From the NCBI GenBank assembly GCA_023244855.1, contig JAHFLO010000001.1, forward strand, positions 5,895-69,894: DNA of 64,000 bases. Direction: 5' to 3'. The DNA is from Candidatus Harrisonbacteria bacterium (GTDB taxonomy: Bacteria; Patescibacteriota; Minisyncoccia; UBA6257; UBA11618). Both the position numbers and the translations under genes were made by a program. The notes below the pieces were generated by a model. The model was not told the origin of the DNA, did not search any database, and was given only the letters and a program-made list of their open reading frames with translations. This document shows positions 57,736 through 64,000 of the stretch, piece by piece (within the stretch, counting starts at the first letter, position 1; every line of letters starts with the position of its first letter).

Positions 57736-58218
57736 ATGGCAGCACAAAATGATTTTGCTAAATTTTCCGCAGGGCAGATTGCGGACTTGATAAAGCAGGC
57801 GGACGCGAAGGCAGTTTCTACTTTATATGTTTTAGGTATCTCGACCGCCGCACTCCTTACGCGCATCAACACTATCAAGGCGAGCGGGGGAGCGACGCCT
57901 ATGTGGGGCGCGGTATTCGCCGTCGCCGTACTTTTAATACTCATTGCATTAAAGAGCGTCATCACCGTAATCTACCCGCGCGGCGGCAAGCCCGAGAAAG
58001 GGGATATGACATATTTCGAAAGCATCGCTGCAAACAAAAAAGAAACGTATATCAAAGCCGGCATGGCGCTTACGGACGACGATGTCGCGAAAGCCCTCTA
58101 TAGTAATGCTTATAACTTAGCGAAAGTAGCACATAACAAGTACCACGCCCTCCGCATAGCCCTCGCCCTTACGGCAACCTCGATCGTAACGACTATCCTC
58201 ATTCTCTTTTTAGCCTGA
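57736..58218 (+). CDS. Pycsar-effector-like (DUF5706/PycTM) membrane protein
   Basis: IKQADAKA, two TM helices, YPR, YFESIA, LAKVAHNKY plus a C-terminal TM helix. Confidence 0.7.
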   Translation: MAAQNDFAKFSAGQIADLIKQADAKAVSTLYVLGISTAALLTRINTIKASGGATPMWGAVFAVAVLLILIALKSVITVIYPRGGKPEKGDMTYFESIAANKKETYIKAGMALTDDDVAKALYSNAYNLAKVAHNKYHALRIALALTATSIVTTILILFLA

Positions 58219-58306
58219 TCTAGCACGAATCTTGCCATTTTTAAGAAACCCTGCTATTATATGGGCATAGTTAGTCGTAAGAGGCACATATAATTAACCA
58301 ACACTT

Positions 58307-59401
58307 ATGCCGCATATCGTAAAAGCAAATTCGCCGCTCACGGCCCTTTTTAAGGAACCGGGGGCATTCGCACCCTTGAAAAACGGGGAGCTTATCAATG
58401 CATCGTATATCGGGAAGACCCAGCACGCACATTTCTTCGACCTCGGTCGCGCAGGCACGGGCATCGTGTACGGCCTAGAGCTCATGAACGCATACGACGT
58501 AATCAAGGTCATTAAACCCGGTGATACTATCCTCGCGAAGATCGTGGATGCCGAAAACGAGGAAGGGTACGCCGAACTTTCCATCAACGAAACCGGCAAG
58601 CACAAGGCGTGGCAGGAAATCCAAGACATGCAAGACCAAGGTCTGCCGATCAAGCTCATGATTGTGAGCGCAAACACCGGCGGGCTCGTGGGCATGATTA
58701 ACGACATCAAGGCGTTCTTGCCCGTGTCGCAATTGACCCCCGACCACTACCCGCGCGTGACAGACGGTGACCGCATTAAAATTTTGGATGAACTTAAGAA
58801 GTTCGTCGGCACGGAACTTACCGTCAAGGTTATCGACTTTAATGCCCGCACCAGCAAGCTCATCGTCTCCGAGCGCGGTGTACTCGACGAAAACATGAAG
58901 GAGCAACTCGCCAAGTACACACCAGGGCAGACCGTGCAGGTTGTCGTCTCGGGCGTCGCGGACTTCGGGGTGTTCGTGAAGTTCGCGGATAACATGAACG
59001 TCGAAGGCTTGATCCATATTTCGGAGCTTGATCACCGCCTCATCGAAGACCCGCGCGAAGCGGTCGCGGTAGGCGACGTGCTCAAAGCCCAGATCGTCGA
59101 AATAAAAGATGGGCGGGTATCCTTGTCGCTGAAGGCGCTTAAGGCCAATCCGTGGGATAGCGTTGAAGAAAAGTACAAGGAAGGGCAGGAAGTGCAGGGG
59201 ACAGTACACCGCTTCAACCAGCTCGGTGCGGTGGTTAAAATCGACTCCGACTTCCAAGGGTTAATCCGCGCCGCCGACTTCGGCGGAACGGATGAAATGG
59301 AAAAGGCAGTGACCGTAGGCCAAGCGGGCACGTTCATTATCGAAGCGATCAAGCCCGCGGAAAAGCGGATTATGCTTAAAATGGCGGAATTAAAAAAATA
59401 A
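58307..59401 (+). CDS. rpsA: Ribosomal protein S1 (short, about four S1 domains)
   Basis: [37 protein letters not shown]. Confidence 0.88.
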   Translation: MPHIVKANSPLTALFKEPGAFAPLKNGELINASYIGKTQHAHFFDLGRAGTGIVYGLELMNAYDVIKVIKPGDTILAKIVDAENEEGYAELSINETGKHKAWQEIQDMQDQGLPIKLMIVSANTGGLVGMINDIKAFLPVSQLTPDHYPRVTDGDRIKILDELKKFVGTELTVKVIDFNARTSKLIVSERGVLDENMKEQLAKYTPGQTVQVVVSGVADFGVFVKFADNMNVEGLIHISELDHRLIEDPREAVAVGDVLKAQIVEIKDGRVSLSLKALKANPWDSVEEKYKEGQEVQGTVHRFNQLGAVVKIDSDFQGLIRAADFGGTDEMEKAVTVGQAGTFIIEAIKPAEKRIMLKMAELKK

Positions 59402-59406
59402 AACAT

Positions 59407-59634
59407 ATGCTCACAGTCAGACAGAAAAAAACAGTAGTCAACGCGACAAAGAAGCACGAAACGGACACCGGTTCGACTAAAGTACAGATCGCACTTCTTA
59501 CGAAGCAGATCGAGGAACTTACCGCGCACTTGAAGAAGCACGCGAAAGATCACCACTCGCGCCGCGGCCTCCTGCAGATGGTTGGCAAGCGCCGCCGTCT
59601 CATAAAGTACGCAGCACGCCATGACGCGCAATAA
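59407..59634 (+). CDS. rpsO: Ribosomal protein S15 (75 aa, C-terminally short)
   Basis: [38 protein letters not shown]. Confidence 0.93.
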   Translation: MLTVRQKKTVVNATKKHETDTGSTKVQIALLTKQIEELTAHLKKHAKDHHSRRGLLQMVGKRRRLIKYAARHDAQ

Positions 59635-60235
59635 GGAGCACCGCGTCGGCATTTTTATAGACGTACAGAACCTGTACCACTCCGCCAAGAACCTCTTCCA
59701 GTCCCGCGTAAACTACAAGGAGCTCGTGAAGGAGGTGACGGCAGGTCGCAAGCTGATCCGCGTTATCGGCTACGTTGTTAAAACGGAAACCACCGAAGGG
59801 GAGGCTGCATTTTTCGACGCGCTCACGAAAGCGGGCGTAGAGCTGCGCGTAAAAGACATTCAGATATTCGCCGGCGGCGCAAAGAAAGCGGACTGGGATG
59901 TAGGCATGGCAGTAGACGCTATCCGCATGGCGGATTCGTTCGATGCCATTGTACTTGTGACAGGCGACGGCGACTTCTGCCCGCTCGTAGAGTACTTAAA
60001 GTGGGGATTGGGAAAGACGGTAGAGGTCGCAGCGTTCTCGCGCAGCACTTCAAGTAAGTTGAAAGAAGTCGCTGATACGTTCGTCACGCTCGACGAATTC
60101 CCAGCCGTGATATTAGGAGCTGGCCGCGTACGGCGCACCACAGCACGCACGTCCGCGAAGCGCGCAGGCATGCCGATGCCGGAAGCGCCTACTACGCCCA
60201 CCTCGCCCGAAGACCGCGAAACCTACGGAGAATAA
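59621..60235 (+). CDS. NYN (LabA/DUF88) domain PIN-like protein
   Basis: [27 protein letters not shown]. Confidence 0.9.
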   Translation: MTRNKEHRVGIFIDVQNLYHSAKNLFQSRVNYKELVKEVTAGRKLIRVIGYVVKTETTEGEAAFFDALTKAGVELRVKDIQIFAGGAKKADWDVGMAVDAIRMADSFDAIVLVTGDGDFCPLVEYLKWGLGKTVEVAAFSRSTSSKLKEVADTFVTLDEFPAVILGAGRVRRTTARTSAKRAGMPMPEAPTTPTSPEDRETYGE

Positions 60236-60253
60236 TTTTTAAATAAAAACTAC

Positions 60254-62308
60254 ATGGATCTGAACAGGAAGAAATTCGAAACGGAAATAGACGGAAAGAA
60301 GCTCATCATCGAAACCTCACGCCTTGCCGAGCAAGCAAACGCCGCGGTAATCGGAACATGGGGCGGCACCACCGTACTCGCAACAGCCGTAATGACGGGC
60401 GAAGATTCGCCGCGCGACTATTTACCACTCTCCGTAGAATTCGAGGAGCGTTTTTATGCTGCGGGTAAAATACTTGGCGGCAGATACATGCGCCGCGAGG
60501 GGAGAGCGAGCGAAAACGCTATTTTATCTGCCCGTATCATCGACCGCACGATACGTCCGCTTTTTGACCAGCGCGTTCGACGCGACATACAGGTAGTTAT
60601 CACCGTGCTTTCGTACGAAGAGGATTCCAGCCCCGTTACGTTAGGGCTCGTAGCCGCCTCCGCGGCGCTCGCTATGTCTGATATCCCGTGGAACGGGCCG
60701 GTTGCCGGCGTACAAATCAAGAAAGATAACTGGACGGCATTCGTCGCAGGCACCGCAGACAAAATCAACATGATTGAGCTCGAAGGGATCGACGTACCCG
60801 AAGCAGAAATCGTCGGCGATTTTACTGCCGCGATGGCGGAGATCAAGAAGCTCGTCGAATTCCAAAAAACGATCGTCGCGCAAATCGGCAAGTCGAAGGC
60901 GGAGGTTATGTTAAAGACTCCGTCACCGGAGCTCGTAGCAAAGGTGCGCGGCTTTCTCGCAGATAAGCTGGAACCCGCAATGTACGTCGTCTCTAAAATA
61001 GACCGCGTGGCGAACGTATCGCATATCCAAAAGGACTTGATGACGTTCTTAAAGGAATCCGAAGCGACGCAAGGCGATTTGGACGACGCGGGCCGCGTCT
61101 TCGAAGATTATGTAGACGAAATCGTCCATAAAAATATCTGTAGCGCGAAAGACGGCGAAGAAAAGCGCCCCGACCACCGCAAACTCGACGAAGTGCGCGA
61201 CCTGCACGCCGAAGTAGGAGTATTAGAACGTATTCATGGCTCGGCATTATTCATCCGCGGTAACACGCAGGCACTCGCGACAGTAACCCTCGCGCCGCCG
61301 GACACGAACCAGCTCGTCGAAAATATTTTCTTCACGGGCGAAAAGAATTTCATGCTCCACTATAACTTCCCGCCGTACTGCACGGGGGAGACGGGTAGCT
61401 TCCGCGGGCCAGGCAGACGCGAAATCGGCCACGGCAACTTGGCGGAAAAGGCGCTTGCACGGTTAATCCCCACACAAGACGAATTCCCGTACACGGTACG
61501 TATCGTTTCCGAAATTCTGTCGTCTAACGGATCATCTTCCATGGCATCCGTCTGCGGCGGCTGCCTAGCACTCATGGACGCGGGCGTGCCTATTAAGAAA
61601 ATGGCAGCCGGTATTGCCATGGGCATGATGAGCGACGAAAAGAAGGGAGTCTATAAAATATTAACGGACATCCAAGGCCCCGAAGACCACTACGGCGACA
61701 TGGACTTCAAGGTAGCGGGAACGAAAGACGGCGTAAACGCCGTGCAGATGGACGTAAAGGTAGACGGCGTAACGCCCGAAATTATTGGCCGCACGCTCGA
61801 GCAAGCGAAGCGCGCCCGCCTCCACATAATGGGCGCAATGGAAAAAGCGATTACCGCTCCGCGCACGGACATTTCGAAATACGCACCGGTAGTCATGAAA
61901 ATAACGATCAACCCCGAGCAGATTGGCGACATTATCGGCCCTGGCGGAAAGATCATTAAAGGCATTATCGAAGCGACGGGCATTATCAATATGGATATCC
62001 GCCAAACAGGCGACGTCTTCATCTACGCGCATGATAAAGATTCGGCGCTTGCGGCAAAGAACTGTGTGGACGATATTGCTCACGAGTACAAGGTGGGGGA
62101 CATCATCGAAGGCACGGTTGAACGCATTTTGGAATTCGGCGCGATTATCGAATGGGGTAACGGCCGGAGCGGCATGATCCACGTCTCGGAGCTGAAGAAC
62201 GGCTACGTGAAGAGCGTGGAAGAAGTCGTCCACTTGGGCGACGTAGTGCAAGCAAAAATCATCCGCCTCGAAGACGGCAAAGTAGGGTTAAGCTTGAAGG
62301 GACTGTAG
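60254..62308 (+). CDS. pnp: Polyribonucleotide nucleotidyltransferase (PNPase)
   Basis: RREGR, IDRTIRPLF, RREIGHG, SNGSSSMAS, GDMDFKVAG, KH and S1 domains. Confidence 0.97.
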   Translation: MDLNRKKFETEIDGKKLIIETSRLAEQANAAVIGTWGGTTVLATAVMTGEDSPRDYLPLSVEFEERFYAAGKILGGRYMRREGRASENAILSARIIDRTIRPLFDQRVRRDIQVVITVLSYEEDSSPVTLGLVAASAALAMSDIPWNGPVAGVQIKKDNWTAFVAGTADKINMIELEGIDVPEAEIVGDFTAAMAEIKKLVEFQKTIVAQIGKSKAEVMLKTPSPELVAKVRGFLADKLEPAMYVVSKIDRVANVSHIQKDLMTFLKESEATQGDLDDAGRVFEDYVDEIVHKNICSAKDGEEKRPDHRKLDEVRDLHAEVGVLERIHGSALFIRGNTQALATVTLAPPDTNQLVENIFFTGEKNFMLHYNFPPYCTGETGSFRGPGRREIGHGNLAEKALARLIPTQDEFPYTVRIVSEILSSNGSSSMASVCGGCLALMDAGVPIKKMAAGIAMGMMSDEKKGVYKILTDIQGPEDHYGDMDFKVAGTKDGVNAVQMDVKVDGVTPEIIGRTLEQAKRARLHIMGAMEKAITAPRTDISKYAPVVMKITINPEQIGDIIGPGGKIIKGIIEATGIINMDIRQTGDVFIYAHDKDSALAAKNCVDDIAHEYKVGDIIEGTVERILEFGAIIEWGNGRSGMIHVSELKNGYVKSVEEVVHLGDVVQAKIIRLEDGKVGLSLKGL

Positions 62309-62331
62309 AGCTACGACATTTTCGAGGGCGA

Positions 62332-62543
62332 GTAAACCTTTCGTGCTAAGGCAACCTAAGTGGAGGCGGATAGCAAATCCCCGAAGGAGGAAATAAAAGC
62401 CGATGAAAAATCGCTGTATGAATCCCAAAATACCCGCCTTTCGCGGGTTTTTGGTTGAGTTCGATTTTTACTGTCGGCTTTTACGACGAGAGAGGTTGGA
62501 TTTGCATACGCCGTAACGGGTTGCCGAGGCACGAAGGGTTTGC
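62332..62543 (+). ncRNA. About 210-nt rod-like structured RNA or palindromic element (6S RNA candidate or MITE)
   Basis: Nested stems GTAAACCTTTCGTGC/GCACGAAGGGTTTGC, GGCAACC/GGTTGCC, GCAAATCC/GGATTTGC, TAAAAGCCGA/TCGGCTTTTA and ACCCGC/GCGGGT, with an internal purine-rich bubble. Confidence 0.45.
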
Positions 62544-62593
62544 GAGTAATTTAGTTATCCACAGCCATACATAATGCTATACTTTTAAAAACT

Positions 62594-63688
62594 ATGGATG
62601 AATTAAACCCCGCAACATTACCGCAAAATAATAACGTGCCGCCGAGCGTGCCAATGCCGCAGCCGACACCCCAGTCGAATATCGTACCGCCTCCGCCGAC
62701 TACGCCGGAGGTTATGGTACGCACTATGGAAAGCGACATCCGCTCCGTGCAGGCCACGGGCGAAGCCGTAGCGCAGCCAGTTACTCCGCCGCCGCCAATG
62801 GCGACACCTCCGCAGCCAATACAATCCGCACCCATGGCCGCGCCCGTACAGTTCCCCGTACAGACTGCACCAGCCCCTGCGCCGATGCCCGACGTGCGCG
62901 AAATGAAATCCGGCAGGCTTCTCTTATGGCTCTTTATGCTCATCCTCGTGGTCGGCATTGGCTGGGTAACGTACAAGTACGGCCTGCCCGCATACCGCGC
63001 CATGATGCCGAGCGAGTCCGCACCAGCTGCGGAAGTACAGCCAACAGCAACCGAGCCTAGTTCGGCTGGCCTCGCGCCCACAGCGCCAGTAGTACCACCC
63101 GCACCCGCGGCACCCGCAATAACTCCGCTCGGGGGAGCGCAAACAAGTTTAACGAAGATTGAAACCGACGGCACCGCAACCTCCATCACCGCAGCGCTTG
63201 CAGCGGAGGCGGCAAAAACGAAATCCGCAAGCGGCACCCTTACGGAAGTCTCGATACTTAATGCTGGTGCGCCCATGAGCTTCGCCACCGTTATGGGAGC
63301 CTTATTGCCGGAAGCGAAAACGAACGGCTTAGACGGCATTCTTACCGCCGCATTCGACCCTGTCTTTTCCGCCTACCTCTTTTACGACGACCGCGGCGCA
63401 TGGCCCGGCTATATCGCGAAAATCAACCCCGCGTCCCAAATAGACGCCGCAACTCTCGCGAGCCGCTTGCAAGCAATCGAAACGAGCTCCTATAAAAACC
63501 TCTTTCTCGCGGACCCCGGCGCCCCCGCCACGTTCCGCACCGGCCAAGCGCGCGACAAATACATCGACCGCTTCGTTTCCCTTGCGACGGACGGCGCGCT
63601 CTTTAGCTATGGTATCTTCGGCGACTATGTGATAATCAACACCTCGAATAACGGCCTCGTAAAAGCCCTCGATTTACTAAAACTGTAA
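62594..63688 (+). CDS. Hypothetical Pro-rich single-TM protein
   Basis: Pro-rich N-terminus with VRTMESDI motif, one TM helix, C-terminal domain ending FSYGIFGDYVIINTS. Confidence 0.8.
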   Translation: MDELNPATLPQNNNVPPSVPMPQPTPQSNIVPPPPTTPEVMVRTMESDIRSVQATGEAVAQPVTPPPPMATPPQPIQSAPMAAPVQFPVQTAPAPAPMPDVREMKSGRLLLWLFMLILVVGIGWVTYKYGLPAYRAMMPSESAPAAEVQPTATEPSSAGLAPTAPVVPPAPAAPAITPLGGAQTSLTKIETDGTATSITAALAAEAAKTKSASGTLTEVSILNAGAPMSFATVMGALLPEAKTNGLDGILTAAFDPVFSAYLFYDDRGAWPGYIAKINPASQIDAATLASRLQAIETSSYKNLFLADPGAPATFRTGQARDKYIDRFVSLATDGALFSYGIFGDYVIINTSNNGLVKALDLLKL

Positions 63689-63722
63689 GCGAAGAAATAT
63701 AGCAGAGGATTAGATTAATACG

Positions 63723-63760
63723 CATAAAAAATACCGGATGAATATCCGGTATTTTTTATG
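63723..63760. terminator. Bidirectional terminator hairpin
   Basis: cataaaaaataccggat-gaat-atccggtattttttatg between convergent genes. Confidence 0.7.
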
Positions 63761-63857
63761 TTTAAAGTCTGATTTTTTACACCAAAAGCAATTTACTATT
63801 AATATGCCGACCGGCATATTCATAGTAAATTATGATGCGTAAACTGCCCTTAACGCA

Positions 63858-64000
63858 TTATTTCTCTCGCAGGCGGTAGGTGAAGGCTTCGGCTACATGA
63901 GCTTCGGAAACAGACGGTGCGCCTTCGATATCTGCTATAGTGCGTGCGACTTTCAATAAGCGGTAGTACCCGCGCGCGGAGAGCGTAGCGCTTTTCCACA
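63858..64000 (-). CDS. comM: 3' end of YifB/ComM Mg-chelatase-like AAA+ ATPase
   Basis: Manual translation LSARGYYRLLKVARTIADIEGAPSVSEAHVAEAFTYRLREK*. Confidence 0.85.
   Translation of the reverse strand, partial: WKSATLSARGYYRLLKVARTIADIEGAPSVSEAHVAEAFTYRLREK

Noticed and set aside
63790..63831. dif site
   Set aside because: It is a longer inverted repeat (aatttactattaatatgccg/cggcatattcatagtaaatt) between convergent genes without the 11-6-11 XerC/XerD layout; more likely a terminator.
1..64000. Alternative genetic code 25 (UGA=Gly)
   Set aside because: Core genes are intact under code 11 and several ORFs end at TGA (for example 44141 and 58218).

Overview
This is a 64 kb piece of a reduced bacterial chromosome that looks like Patescibacteria/CPR, probably Parcubacteria (inference). 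The evidence is an IF-2 lacking its N-terminal domain, a C-terminally short ValRS, tandem VirB2/TrbC-like pilins, tRNAs mostly lacking encoded CCA, tRNA-Ile(UAU) and tRNA-Arg(GCG). TGA is used as a stop, so it is code 11. Core genes (cca, recG, valS, tsaD, rbfA-infB, gyrA, a xer-type recombinase, ftsH, yraN-nusA-ppa-tig-clpP-tyrS, argS, eno-gpmA, a csoR-copA copper cluster, rpsA-rpsO-NYN-pnp, the 3' end of comM) are interleaved with 13 tRNA genes and many single-gene orphan units. The most striking unexplained signal is a family of structured elements 3' of tRNA genes (Val, Ser, Arg-TCG, Ala, Glu, plus one free copy). In its full form the layout is tRNA, perfect hairpin, antisense copy of that tRNA's own T-arm, a core shared between loci, then a direct copy of the tRNA 3' end. 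Also notable are a 450-bp AT-rich array of palindromic sites before yraN-nusA, two long rod-like palindromic elements, a Planctomycetes-like RimI, a Cys-rich secreted protein with a possible clan-CD protease dyad, and an orphan Pycsar-type effector. All family assignments come from recognising motifs by eye; no database searches were run.
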